64,000 bases of DNA from assembly GCA_963746855.1 (NCBI GenBank), contig CAVVDC010000012.1:100230-164229 (forward strand), written 5' to 3'. The translations under genes and the position numbers were made by a program. Below the pieces are notes generated by a model. It was given only the letters and a program-made list of their open reading frames with translations, made no database searches and was not told the DNA's origin. Positions 51,516-61,133 of this stretch are shown here, one piece after another; the first letter of the stretch is position 1, and each line of letters opens with the position of its first letter. Source of the DNA: an uncultured Chloroflexia bacterium (GTDB lineage: Bacteria > Chloroflexota > Limnocylindria > Limnocylindrales > CSP1-4).

Positions 51516-51886
51516 GAGGCGTGCGCCGTCGACGCCGCCCGCTCCAGCCACGTCGAGATCGTCGTCGGGCCGTCCTCGAACAGCTTGCGATAGGCGAGCA
51601 CCCGCTCGGCGCCCCGGGCGAGCGCTCGCTTGCGCAACGCGAGGTCGTCGTGCGGTCCGACCGCGAGGACCCGGGCGCCGAGCGATCGGGCCCGCTCGAT
51701 GGCGACCAGCGGGTCGTAGGCGCGGGCGGTCAGGTCGACGATCGCAAGGTCGGCGCACTCGAGCGCCCGGTCGAACTCCGGTGCCGTCTTGGCCCGCATC
51801 GGGGTGGCTCCCGCCGATTCGACGGCCCTGGCGAGGCGGTCCTGCCAGATGAGGTCCTGGGCGAGGACGGCGACGCGGGTCGTCAC
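51512..51886 (-). CDS. CheY-like receiver-fold protein (degenerate)
   Basis: 124 aa. ADLAIVDLT (phospho-acceptor-like Asp) and AYRKL (Lys) are present, but the N-terminal acidic pair is missing. GTGA overlap with the upstream CBS gene. Confidence 0.5.
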   Translation of the reverse strand: MTTRVAVLAQDLIWQDRLARAVESAGATPMRAKTAPEFDRALECADLAIVDLTARAYDPLVAIERARSLGARVLAVGPHDDLALRKRALARGAERVLAYRKLFEDGPTTISTWLERAASTAHAS

Positions 51887-52383
51887 CCGAACTGTTCGGC
51901 GAGGTGGTGGAAGACGTCGCGGGCGGTCACGACGCCGGTCGGCCGGCCATCCTCGACGATCGGGATGTGCCGGAAGCCGCCGACGGCCATCTTGTGGATG
52001 GCGACCGCGATCGGATCGTCGTGGCGCAGGACGACCGGGTCTGGGGTCATGAAGTCGCGCACCCGGAACGACTTGAGCGGCTTGCCGGCCGCCTTCGCGA
52101 CCGCGTCGCGATCGGTGAAGATGCCGACGAGCCGATCGTCGGAGACGACCAGCACGCAGTCGGCCTCCGCCTCCTGCATCCGGGCGATCGCCGCGTCGAC
52201 GGGCGTGTCGGGTCCGACGAGGATCGGGGCGGGCGCCCCGAGATCGTCGAGATGTTCGCCGAGGAGGCGCCCGTGGAACGACATGGCCTCCTGCGGGACG
52301 TCGCCCCCGGCGAGGTCGGCGCCGCAGTTGTCGCAGATCTCCGTCCCGGTGAGGTTGAAGTGCCCACAGACCGGGCAGTCCAT
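51883..52383 (-). CDS. zinc-ribbon + CBS-pair domain protein
   Basis: MDCPVCGHFNLTGTEICDNCGADL (CxxC...CxxC), then two CBS motifs (VLVVSDDRLVGIFTDRD, HIPIVEDGRPTGVVTARD). Confidence 0.8.
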   Translation of the reverse strand: MDCPVCGHFNLTGTEICDNCGADLAGGDVPQEAMSFHGRLLGEHLDDLGAPAPILVGPDTPVDAAIARMQEAEADCVLVVSDDRLVGIFTDRDAVAKAAGKPLKSFRVRDFMTPDPVVLRHDDPIAVAIHKMAVGGFRHIPIVEDGRPTGVVTARDVFHHLAEQFG

Positions 52384-52413
52384 CTCGCTCCCCTCCTGCT
52401 TCGTTCGGTCAGC

Positions 52414-53508
52414 CTACTCGACGGTCCAGGTCTCGTTGCCGCGCAGGACCCGGGCCAGGTCGCCGGGGCCGGACTTGGCCACGGCTGCACTCAGCTGATC
52501 CTCGAGCAGTTGATCGTGGGTCGGGCGGCTGACCGCTCGAAGCACCCCGACCGGGACCGGGAAGTCCGGCCAGGCCATGCGCGATAGCATCAGCGCGAGG
52601 TACGGCTCCTTGGCGGCCTCATCGTGGACGAGGAGGTCCGCCTCGGTCACGCCGTTCTCGCCGATCGTCACGACCTCCGGCCGCAGGCCATCGAGGCGGA
52701 TGCCCTTGTTGCGGTCCTTGCCGAAGATCATGGGCTTGCCGTCCTCGAGGACGAGCATCCGGTCCTCGCGGACCTCGCGGTCGGTGAAGTCGCGCCATGC
52801 CCCGTCATTGAAGATGTTGCAGTTCTGGAGGACTTCGACGAACGCGGAGCCTTTGTGTCGGCCGGCCCGCTCGAGGGTCCCCTGCAGGTGTTCGGTGTGC
52901 GTGTCCACCGACCGGGCGACGAAACTCGCCTCGGCGGCCAGGGCGATCGTGAGCGGGATGATGGGCGTGTCGACGGTGCCCGCCGGCGTCGACTTCGTGC
53001 GCTTGCCGAACTCCGAGGTCGGCGACGCCTGGCCCTTGGTCAGGCCGTAGATCCGGTTGTTGAACATGATCAGGTTGATGTCGACGTTGCGGCGCATCGA
53101 GTGGATGACGTGGTTGCCGCCGATCGACAGCGCATCGCCGTCGCCGGTGATCACCCAGACCATCAGGTCCGGTCGCGAGGCCTTGAGCCCGGTCGCGAGC
53201 GTCGGCGCCCGTCCGTGGATCGTGTGGAAGCCGAAGGTGTTCATGTAGTACGGCAGTCGTCCCGAGCAGCCGATGCCCGAGATGAACACGATGTTCTCCC
53301 GCGGGTAGCCGAAGTCCGGCATCACCTTCTGGGTCTGGGCGAGGATCGAGTAGTCGCCACAGCCCGGGCACCAGCGGACCTCCTGGTCCGACACGAAGTC
53401 CTTACGGGTCAGGGCGATGACAGCGGCGTTCTCGGGGCTCAGCGGCGGCTGGTCGGCCGTCGCCCCGGTCGTCGGGTTGGCGCCGTTGGTCGCGACGGGA
53501 TCGGTCAT
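52414..53508 (-). CDS. korB: 2-oxoacid:ferredoxin oxidoreductase beta subunit
   Basis: RWCPGCGDYSIL, SGIGCSGRLPYYM, ITGDGDALSIGGNH (ThDP-binding). ATG 53508 overlaps the korA stop. The track ORF 52414..54216 was trimmed. Confidence 0.9.
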   Translation of the reverse strand: MTDPVATNGANPTTGATADQPPLSPENAAVIALTRKDFVSDQEVRWCPGCGDYSILAQTQKVMPDFGYPRENIVFISGIGCSGRLPYYMNTFGFHTIHGRAPTLATGLKASRPDLMVWVITGDGDALSIGGNHVIHSMRRNVDINLIMFNNRIYGLTKGQASPTSEFGKRTKSTPAGTVDTPIIPLTIALAAEASFVARSVDTHTEHLQGTLERAGRHKGSAFVEVLQNCNIFNDGAWRDFTDREVREDRMLVLEDGKPMIFGKDRNKGIRLDGLRPEVVTIGENGVTEADLLVHDEAAKEPYLALMLSRMAWPDFPVPVGVLRAVSRPTHDQLLEDQLSAAVAKSGPGDLARVLRGNETWTVE

Positions 53509-55373
53509 GTCGCTGCGGGCTCCGCGAGGAGGCGTTCGGCCTCGGCCACGATCTCCGAGATGCGGAACGGCTTGCCCCGCACCCGGTCGTAGCCGACGGC
53601 ATCGATGAGGTACCTGGCCCGGACCAGCATCAGGAGCTGGCCCAGGTTGACCTCGGGGATGAGGACCCGCCGGTACGAGCGCAGGACCGTCTCCGTGTTG
53701 GCCGGGAACGGGTTGAGGTGCCGGAGGTGGGCATGGGCGACGGACTTGCCGCCGACCTGCAGGCCTTCGACCGCCGAGCGGATGGCCCCGTACGTCGAGC
53801 CCCAGCCGAGGATGAGCAGCTCGCCCGACGCCGGGCCGAACACCTCGAGCGGCGTGATGTCGCCGGCGATGCCGGCCACCTTGGCCGCGCGCAGGAGCTG
53901 CATCTTGTGGTGGTTGTCCGGGTCGTAGCTGACGTTGCCCGTCCCGTCCGCCTTCTCCAGCCCGCCGATCCGGTGCTCGAGGCCGGCCGTGCCCGGGACC
54001 GCCCATGGCCGGGCGAGCGTGTCGGGGTCGCGCCGGTACGGCTGGAAGGGGCCCTCGCCGCGTACGGCGTTGTCGACGCCGATGTCGGGCAGGGTCGCGA
54101 TGTCGGGGATCTTCCACGGCTCCGAACCGGTGGCGAGGAATGCATCGGACATGAAGGCGACCGGGGTCATGTACTTGAGCGCGAGGCGCCAAGCCTCGAT
54201 GGCCATGTCGAAGCACTCACCCGGCGTCGCCGGGGCCACGATCGGGATCGGGGAGTCCGAATTGCGCCCGAACATGACCTGCAGGAGATCGGCCTGCTCG
54301 TTCTTGGTCGGCATGCCCGTCGATGGGCCGGCTCGCTGGACGTCGATGACGACGAGCGGCAGCTCGACCATGACCGCGAGCCCCATCGCCTCGGTCTTGA
54401 GCGCGATGCCCGGACCGGACGAGGCCGTCATGCCGAGCGCGCCACCGTAGCTGGCCCCGATGGCCGCGCCGATGGCCGCGATCTCGTCCTCCGCCTGGAA
54501 CGTCTTGAGGCCGAAGGCCTTGTAGGTCGAGAGCTGGTGGAGGATGTCGCTGGCCGGGGTGATCGGATAGCTGCCGTAGAAGAGCGGCCGGCCGGCCAGC
54601 TTCGAGGCGGCCAGGAACCCGAGCGCCGTCGCCTCGTTGCCGGTGATGTTCCGATACGTGCCCGGCGGCAGCTGGGCGGGCTTGACCCGGTAGTGCGTGT
54701 GGAAGATCTCGGTCGTCTCGCCGAAGGCGTAACCGGCCTTCAGGGCTCGCTTGTTCGCCTCGGCGATGACGGGGCGTGCCGAGAACTTCTGGTCGATCCA
54801 GCCGATGGTCGGATCCATGCTCCGCTCGTACAGCCAGAACATGATCCCGAGCGCGAAGAAGTTCTTCGTCAGGTCCTTCTGCTTGCTCGTCATGTCCAGG
54901 CCGTCGAGCGAGCGCTCGTTGAGCGCCGAGATCGGGACCTCGAAGACCGTGAACGAGCTGAGCGAGCCGTCGGTCAGCGGGTTGCTCGCGTAGGCCGCCT
55001 TGTTCAGGTTCTGCTGGGTGAACGCATCGCTGTTGACGATGAGGGCCCCGCCCGGCGGCAGGTCCATGATGTTGGTCTTGAGCGCTGCCGGGTTCATCGC
55101 GACCAGGACGTCGGGCTGGTCGCCCGGCGTGTGGATGTCGGTCGAGCTGAAGCTGATCTGGAAGCCGGAGACGCCCGGCAGCGAGCCGGCCGGAGCGCGG
55201 ATCTCGGCCGGGAAGTCCGGCAGGGTGCTGATGTCGTTCCCGAAGACCGCCGCGGTCCGCGTGAACTGGGTCCCGGTCAACTGCATCCCGTCGCCGGAAT
55301 CGCCGGCGAAGCGGATGGTCACACGCTCGAGCTCCGAGACCTCGGGCTCGAGTTCCCTGGTGGTCGTGGTCAC
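53505..55373 (-). CDS. korA: 2-oxoacid:ferredoxin oxidoreductase alpha subunit
   Basis: 622 aa: IRFAGDSGDGMQLTG, GSYPITPASDILH, DVQRAGPSTGMPTK. Confidence 0.9.
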   Translation of the reverse strand: MTTTTRELEPEVSELERVTIRFAGDSGDGMQLTGTQFTRTAAVFGNDISTLPDFPAEIRAPAGSLPGVSGFQISFSSTDIHTPGDQPDVLVAMNPAALKTNIMDLPPGGALIVNSDAFTQQNLNKAAYASNPLTDGSLSSFTVFEVPISALNERSLDGLDMTSKQKDLTKNFFALGIMFWLYERSMDPTIGWIDQKFSARPVIAEANKRALKAGYAFGETTEIFHTHYRVKPAQLPPGTYRNITGNEATALGFLAASKLAGRPLFYGSYPITPASDILHQLSTYKAFGLKTFQAEDEIAAIGAAIGASYGGALGMTASSGPGIALKTEAMGLAVMVELPLVVIDVQRAGPSTGMPTKNEQADLLQVMFGRNSDSPIPIVAPATPGECFDMAIEAWRLALKYMTPVAFMSDAFLATGSEPWKIPDIATLPDIGVDNAVRGEGPFQPYRRDPDTLARPWAVPGTAGLEHRIGGLEKADGTGNVSYDPDNHHKMQLLRAAKVAGIAGDITPLEVFGPASGELLILGWGSTYGAIRSAVEGLQVGGKSVAHAHLRHLNPFPANTETVLRSYRRVLIPEVNLGQLLMLVRARYLIDAVGYDRVRGKPFRISEIVAEAERLLAEPAAT

Positions 55374-55870
55374 GCCCCTTCCGGCTCCTTCATGCGCTGG
55401 TGCGGCCGGGGTGGGAGGTTCAGCAGCTCCTCCGGGAACGACTCAGCCAGGTACTTGATGATGTCGGCCTGCCGGATCACGCCAACGAGGTGGCCACGCT
55501 CGTCCACCACCGGCACGTTCCGATAGCGCCCGGTCTGCATCAGGTCGATGGCGTCACGGATGGTCTGATCGAGGTCGAGGGTCCGCGGCTGGGTCGTCAT
55601 CAGCGTCTCGACCGGATGGCCCAGGTCGACGCTCCCGGCGACGATCCGCGAGAAGATATCGCGCTCGGTCAGCACACCGATCAGTCGGCCCGGCTCGTCA
55701 CACACGAAGACCGAATCGCCGGTGCCGGTCCGCTGGATGGCCCGCAGGCACTCGGCCAGCGACGTCCCGGGTGGCACGGTCACGGGCTGCCGTCGGCTGA
55801 GCACCCGAAGGCGCTCCTCCAGGATGGCCGGCACGCGGCGAGCGACAGCGGTTTCGGTCAAGTCGGTCAC
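55370..55870 (-). CDS. CBS-pair domain protein
   Basis: GTG 55870 (VTDLTETAV...). VFVCDEPGRLIGVLTERD and NVPVVDERGHLVGVIRQAD. Its stop overlaps the korA GTG (GTGA). Confidence 0.75.
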   Translation of the reverse strand: MTDLTETAVARRVPAILEERLRVLSRRQPVTVPPGTSLAECLRAIQRTGTGDSVFVCDEPGRLIGVLTERDIFSRIVAGSVDLGHPVETLMTTQPRTLDLDQTIRDAIDLMQTGRYRNVPVVDERGHLVGVIRQADIIKYLAESFPEELLNLPPRPHQRMKEPEGA

Positions 55871-55965
55871 GCTCCGAAGTGTAGCGACCGTTGCCGGAAT
55901 GGGCCGACGGACTTCATGATGCGCCGAACGCCCGACGGCGTGGCCGGGACTGGGAGGGACGACGC

Positions 55966-57135
55966 ATGCGGCACGATGCGCGGCGGGTCGCGAGCCTGGC
56001 CGTGATGGTGCTCCTGGCGGGCGGCGCTTGTGGCGACCCGAACCCGCCACCCACTCCGGTGCCGACCACCGCACCGGTCGCGACCGTCGCGCCGACCGCG
56101 GCGCCCACGCCGAGCCCTTCGGCGGTCGATGTCGCGTCCGCCTTCATCCGGATCATCGGCTCGCCGAACTTCAGCGCGACGGCCGACGTCCGCGGGACCC
56201 TCACCGTCGGGGGTGCGGCCGGGGCTCTGTCGGGCAACGCGACGTTCGCCGGTTCCAGCTCGGACACGACCATCCGGTTCGACGTGACTGGCTTCTCCCA
56301 GGGCTCGCAGTCGATCTCGATCGGGACCAGGAACTGGAGTCGCACGCCGCCCGGGCCCTGGCTGGCCGGCGCGGATGCCGATCCGTCAGAGGGGTCGATC
56401 TCGGGCACGCTCGCGGCGATCGCCTCGGTCGAGGACCTCGGGGTCGTCGCCAAGGACGGCCGACCGCTGCACCACCTCCAGCCCCAGGGCGGCGGGGCGA
56501 TCTCACCGGCGGCCATCGGCTTCGATGTCGCGCGGGCCACGGACGCATCGTTCGTCCTGGACGTCTTCACCACCGATGACGGCACGCCCGCCAGCATCGG
56601 CATCAGCGGTTCGTGGACCCAGACGACCGACGCGGGGCCGGTGCCCGCCACGATCGATCTCGAGTTCGCGCTCGCCGACGTCGGCGTCCCCCAGACCATC
56701 GCCCCGCCCGAGGACGTCTGGGTCGTGAACACGTCGAAGACGTTCCCGTACCGCATGGCCCACCCCGCGGACTGGACGGTCGAGGCATCGAAGACCGAGG
56801 AGGCGTACGCCGTCGACGGCCAGCCCTACGTCTACGTTGCCGCGCAGGCGGTCGACGCGGACACGACGGTCGAGTCGTTCGCGAGTGCGCTCCAGGTCTT
56901 CTACAAAGACGACTTCGGCGCGCCGACCTCGGACGTGGCCGCGTCGCTGGGCGGACAGCCGGCGGAGCGGCTCGTGTTCCAGTTCGTCAACGACCAGGGC
57001 CAGGACGTGACGCTCGTCGATGACGTGACGGTCCGTGGGCGGACCGGCTGGGAGGTCTTCCTGGTCACCGCCGGCGGTGCCTCGGACATCCCGGTCTTCG
57101 ACCAGTTCGTCGCGACCTTCGCGTTCACCGACTGA
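55966..57135 (+). CDS. probable lipoprotein, unknown function
   Basis: GGGAGGG RBS, MRHDARRVASLAVMVLLAGGACGDP, then a Pro/Thr/Ala linker and about 330 aa of globular region. Confidence 0.7.
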   Translation: MRHDARRVASLAVMVLLAGGACGDPNPPPTPVPTTAPVATVAPTAAPTPSPSAVDVASAFIRIIGSPNFSATADVRGTLTVGGAAGALSGNATFAGSSSDTTIRFDVTGFSQGSQSISIGTRNWSRTPPGPWLAGADADPSEGSISGTLAAIASVEDLGVVAKDGRPLHHLQPQGGGAISPAAIGFDVARATDASFVLDVFTTDDGTPASIGISGSWTQTTDAGPVPATIDLEFALADVGVPQTIAPPEDVWVVNTSKTFPYRMAHPADWTVEASKTEEAYAVDGQPYVYVAAQAVDADTTVESFASALQVFYKDDFGAPTSDVAASLGGQPAERLVFQFVNDQGQDVTLVDDVTVRGRTGWEVFLVTAGGASDIPVFDQFVATFAFTD

Positions 57136-57166
57136 GGCGCCCCCCGACGCTGCTAGCCTCGCGCCG

Positions 57167-58135
57167 ATGGATCGCCGACGGCTGGGCGGAGTCGCCCTCA
57201 TCCTCCTGTCCGCGGCCGGATTCGGATCCGGCTCGCTCTTCGCCCAGCCGGTCTATGCGAGCGGCGTCGACTGGCTCGTCCTCTCGGCGTGGCGTTTCCT
57301 GTTCGGGGCGAGCCTGGCGTGGATCTGGCTGCTGGGATCGCCGGCGCGGCGGCGTGGCTTGCGCGCCTTCGACCGACGCGCGGTCATCGTCGGGCTCGCG
57401 CTCGGGGTCCTGTACGTCGGCAACTCCGGCGCCTACTACGCGTCGCTCGAGACGGTCTCGCCGTCGCTGGCCGGCCTGATCGTGTTCACCTACCCGGCGC
57501 TGGTCGCCGTCGTGACGCTGCGCGTCGGGCAGCCCCTGGAGGGTCGCCGGGCCTGGCTCGCGCTCGGTGTCGCGCTCGTCGGGGTCGCCCTGACGATCGG
57601 TGGCATCGACCCGGACGACGCCCCACCCGTGTCGGGCCTGCTGCTGGCGATCGCGTCGATGCTGATCTACGTCGTCTGGATCGTGCTGGCCGCACGCCTG
57701 GCCGGCGAACGCCGCGACAGCGTCGGCGGCGAGTCCGACCGGGGGGCGGCCGCATCCGCTGCGACCGCGCTGATGATGACCGCGACGGCCGCCGTGTACT
57801 GGCTGTGGGGTCTCGGCAGCGGCCGGCCGGTGTTGCCCGCCCAGATCCCGACCGAGGCGTGGTTCGGGCTCGTCGGTGTCGGCGTGGTGTCGACGTTCAT
57901 CGCGATCCAGGCCTTCTATGCCGGCACGCAGCGCATCGGGGCGGCGCAGGCCTCGATCATCAGCACGGTCGAGCCGGTCTGGACGGTCGTCCTGGCGTAC
58001 CTGCTGTTCGGCTTCACGTTGACGCCCGTCCAGATCGTCGGGGGCGCGCTCATCATCACGGGCGTCCTGCTCGCCCAGACCGGGCCGCGGGCCAGGGACG
58101 CACGGGATCCGGTGGTGCGGCTCGCGGACGAGTAG
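57167..58135 (+). CDS. EamA/DMT superfamily transporter
   Basis: Ten predicted TM helices in two EamA-like halves. Starts MDRRRLGGVALILLSAAGFGS. Confidence 0.8.
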   Translation: MDRRRLGGVALILLSAAGFGSGSLFAQPVYASGVDWLVLSAWRFLFGASLAWIWLLGSPARRRGLRAFDRRAVIVGLALGVLYVGNSGAYYASLETVSPSLAGLIVFTYPALVAVVTLRVGQPLEGRRAWLALGVALVGVALTIGGIDPDDAPPVSGLLLAIASMLIYVVWIVLAARLAGERRDSVGGESDRGAAASAATALMMTATAAVYWLWGLGSGRPVLPAQIPTEAWFGLVGVGVVSTFIAIQAFYAGTQRIGAAQASIISTVEPVWTVVLAYLLFGFTLTPVQIVGGALIITGVLLAQTGPRARDARDPVVRLADE

Positions 58136-58159
58136 GTCCGGGGCCGATCGGGCGCGAGT

Positions 58160-58918
58160 TCAGCCGCCGCGGGCGGCCTCGACCATGCCCCGGGCGCCCG
58201 CGGCCACGAAGCCCAGGTCCGAGCCGAGTCCGATGAAGCGGAAGCCGAGTTCGAGGTGCCGCGCGATGACCGCGCGGTCGTAGAGCAGGATGCCGGCGGC
58301 CTTGCCGTGCCGCTCGCAGGCGGCCAGCACCGTCTTGATGGCGTCGAGGTAGACCGGATCGTCGAACCGACCCGGCACCCCGAGCGAGTGCGACAGGTCG
58401 GCCGGGCCGACGAACAGGACGTCCGCGCCGGGGAGCGCGGCGATCGCGTCCGCGTCGGCGACCGCGGACGGATTCTCGATCTGGAACGCCCCCACGACCA
58501 CGTCGTTGAGCGTGCCGATGTCGGCGTGGCCGACCTGTCCGAATCCCTGGCCACGACCGCCCAGCGCGATGCCTCGCTGGCCCTCGGGCGGGAAGCGCAT
58601 CCAGTCGAGCGCCTGGCGGACATCGTCGGCCGAGTCCACGCGTGGGACCACGAGCCCGCCGGCGCCCATGTCGAGGACCCGCGAGATGCGCAGCCGATCG
58701 CTCCGCTCGATGCGAACGAGGGGGGTTGCGGCCGTGGTCCCGATCGCGTAGAGCTGGCCCAGGACCGTGGTCTCGGTGGTCATCCCGTGCTCGGTGTCGA
58801 TGACGAGCCAGTCGAAGCCGGCCCGCGCGCACGCCTCCGCGACGACCGGCGAACCGGTCGAAAGCCAGGTGCCGAATGTCGTCGCGCCGCCGAGCACGCG
58901 CTCACGCAAGGTCGTCAT
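58160..58918 (-). CDS. HpcH/HpaI family aldolase
   Basis: FGTWLSTGSPVVAEACARAGFDWLVIDTEHG, VRIERSD, GAFQIENP, LFVGPADLSHSLG. ATG 58918. Confidence 0.85.
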   Translation of the reverse strand: MTTLRERVLGGATTFGTWLSTGSPVVAEACARAGFDWLVIDTEHGMTTETTVLGQLYAIGTTAATPLVRIERSDRLRISRVLDMGAGGLVVPRVDSADDVRQALDWMRFPPEGQRGIALGGRGQGFGQVGHADIGTLNDVVVGAFQIENPSAVADADAIAALPGADVLFVGPADLSHSLGVPGRFDDPVYLDAIKTVLAACERHGKAAGILLYDRAVIARHLELGFRFIGLGSDLGFVAAGARGMVEAARGG

Positions 58919-58973
58919 GCGGCGATGATGACGATTCCGGCGGGGGCCGTGGTCGAGCCCCCGCGTGCCCGGG

Positions 58974-60419
58974 CTATGGCCCGTTGACCAGCCCGGTCGT
59001 GTCGACGACCTCGAGGTCCTGGCCGGTGATGACGTCGAGCTCGTGCATGACGTCGTCGTCGAAGCCGGGGTTACTGACCCCGGTGATGTACCAGGGCGAG
59101 CCATTGTCGGCCAGGATCATCCCGTACTTCTTGAGGGCCTCTGCGATGACCCGGGCCTGCGGCGAGAATCCGGACGTGTCGTAGGACGCCTCGAGCCGGA
59201 CCCGAAGGCCCATCGGCGGCAGCGACGCCGACGTCGAGTCGCTTGCGTAGTGACGGGCCGGGTAGATGTACAGCTTGCGGGTCTCGTCGGTCGTGAACCG
59301 GAGCGCATGGTTGATGGCTCCGGCGGTCACCTCGTCGTAGCGGACGAGGCCCGGCAGGATGGGCAGCCCGGCGGCGTCGGCACTGGTCCAGCCGGCGGTC
59401 CGCAGGGCGTTCGAGCGCATGTCCCAGGTCGCGCCACTGCCGGCCCGCCACGCCCCGCTGACCTGGCGCGCGTTGAACAGCTCGTACAACCGGCAGGCGT
59501 CCTGGTCGACCATGAGGATGTGGCGGTCCGAGCCGCCCTCGATCTTCGGGTTCGCCGGGATCGGATACGGGACGTGGTCCGAGTCCTCGTCATAGTCGAA
59601 CGTCAGCGTCGACCGCGGGGTCGTCTCGGTCACGACGTTGTACGGGATGCCGTAGCCCGAATACGACCCGAAGTCCATGTGCAGGCCGGCGTTCAGGCCG
59701 ATGGACGAGATCATCGTGGCCGAGTTCGAGGCGACGGCACGACCGTCGATGCGAACGTTCCACACGTTGTCGGCCGGAAAGACCGAGCAATCCGGGAGGC
59801 CCGGCAGCGTCGGCGCTCCGCCCGAGCCGCCACCGGGCGGCGGCGGGGTCGACGGCAGCGTCGGGTGGCTGGACTTGTCGATCGGGTTCGTCCCGGCCGT
59901 GATCTCGTCGCCGTCGCTGTAGCCGTCGTGGTCGGTGTCCCAGATGCGCGGATGCGTGCCGCGCGTCTGTTCGGTCTTGTTGGTCAGGCCGTCCTTGTCG
60001 GGATCCTCGCGATCGTCGCGCAAGCCGTCCTTGTCGGTGTCCTTGAGCTTCGGCCGGGTCCCGGCATAGAACTCGAACCGGGTCTTCAGGCCGTCCTTGT
60101 CGGTGTCTTCCTTGTCGTCGCGGATCCCATCGCGATCAGTGTCGGCCCGGCGGGGTCGCATGCCGGCGAGGTACTCCATCCGGTTGGTCAGCGTGTCCCT
60201 GTCGGGGTCCTCGCTGCCGTCCTTGATGCCGTCCTTGTCGGTGTCGGCCCTCTTGGGGTTGGTCTTGGAGTAGTCGCGTTCCCACGTGCTGGGCAGGCCG
60301 TCCTTGTCCGGATCGGACGAGGCGGCGAGCGCCGACGCCGGCAGGCTCCCGACGACCAGCGCCGCGACCACGGCGGCGAGCACGGCGCGGCGGTTCAGGG
60401 CGCGCGGGGTACGGGTCAT
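58974..60419 (-). CDS. secreted protein with thrombospondin-type-3-like Ca-binding repeats and an uncharacterised C-terminal domain
   Basis: Signal peptide MTRTPRALNRRAVLAAVVAALVVGSLPASALA. About 8 DxDxDG repeats (DTDKDGIKDG, DTDRDGIRDD, ...), then a ~290-aa domain (CSVFPADNVWN...). Confidence 0.75.
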   Translation of the reverse strand: MTRTPRALNRRAVLAAVVAALVVGSLPASALAASSDPDKDGLPSTWERDYSKTNPKRADTDKDGIKDGSEDPDRDTLTNRMEYLAGMRPRRADTDRDGIRDDKEDTDKDGLKTRFEFYAGTRPKLKDTDKDGLRDDREDPDKDGLTNKTEQTRGTHPRIWDTDHDGYSDGDEITAGTNPIDKSSHPTLPSTPPPPGGGSGGAPTLPGLPDCSVFPADNVWNVRIDGRAVASNSATMISSIGLNAGLHMDFGSYSGYGIPYNVVTETTPRSTLTFDYDEDSDHVPYPIPANPKIEGGSDRHILMVDQDACRLYELFNARQVSGAWRAGSGATWDMRSNALRTAGWTSADAAGLPILPGLVRYDEVTAGAINHALRFTTDETRKLYIYPARHYASDSTSASLPPMGLRVRLEASYDTSGFSPQARVIAEALKKYGMILADNGSPWYITGVSNPGFDDDVMHELDVITGQDLEVVDTTGLVNGP

Positions 60420-60507
60420 GGACCCATGGTCGCCCCTGGGGGCAACCCGCGCGACCCACCAACTGGTCCCATCGGCCAACCACGGTGGTCCGGTTCCAAA
60501 GGGCAAC

Positions 60508-60536
60508 GGTGAACCTTTGCGCGGGTGCGACCATCT
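60508..60536 (+). promoter_or_regulatory. ECF-type promoter-like motif upstream of sigma gene 1
   Basis: GGTGAAC-N16-CCATCT. The same GGTGAAC(C/G)TTT...CCAT(A/C) pattern recurs at 62070-62100, upstream of sigma gene 2. Confidence 0.35.
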
Positions 60537-60580
60537 GTTGTGGGTGAAGCGCCAAGATCGGCGCCACTGGAGTACCGCTC

Positions 60581-61133
60581 ATGCGGACGAGGCTGGTCGA
60601 ACGGGCCCGCGACGGCGACGATGTCGCCTTCACGGAACTCGTCGACCTCGACGGCGACCTGTGCTACGCCATCGCCTATCGGATCCTGCGCGATGTCGAA
60701 CGAGCCCAGGACGCCGTCCAGCAGGCATTCCTCCTCGCCTGGCGCGAACTCCCGCGGCTGCGCGATCCGGAGCGCTTCGGACCCTGGCTCCATCGGCTGC
60801 TCGTGAACGCCTGTTACGAGGAGTCGCGCCGACACCGGCGCTGGAGCACCCGCATCAGGGCACTGCCGGTCGACGGACCGAGCGGGCCCGACCCGATGGT
60901 CTCGGTCGACGACCGGGACGCCCTCGATCGCGCCTTCGAGCGACTGACGCCCGAGCATCGCGCGGTCTTCGTCCTGCACCACCACGCGGGACTGCCGCTG
61001 GCCGAGATCGCCGACATCGTCGGCGTTCCGGTCGGCACGGTGAAGTCCCGCCTGCATCACTCGACCACGAACCCTGCGCGCGGCGATCGTCGCTGACAGC
61101 CAGGTCGATCCCAAGGAGGCCCGACTGGCATGA
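60581..61133 (+). pseudogene. ECF (group 4) sigma-70 factor, copy 1, with an apparent 1-nt insertion near 61064 that truncates region 4.2
   Basis: Regions 2 and 4 are recognisable (DAVQQAFLLAWRELPRLRDPERFGPWLHRLLVNAC; LAEIADIVGVPVGTVKSRLHH). The track ORF ends at 61096 as ...HHSTTNPARGDRR. Skipping one base gives HHSPRTLRAAIVAD..., which is colinear with the paralogue's HYAVRQLRATLDAD and ends in an ATGA overlap with the next gene, exactly as in the intact pair. Confidence 0.6.

Noticed and set aside
53718-55526. 602-aa plus-strand ORF opposite korA (and similarly 8191..9894 minus, 25298..27394 plus, 19033..21114 plus)
   Set aside because: These are all antisense to strongly supported genes, and none contains a recognisable domain.
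59950-60320. Regularly repeated GCCGTCCTTGTCGG motif (possible CRISPR or tandem repeat)
   Set aside because: The motif lies inside a continuous ORF and encodes the DxDxDG calcium-binding repeats of the thrombospondin-type-3-like protein. The spacers are of unequal length and are coding.
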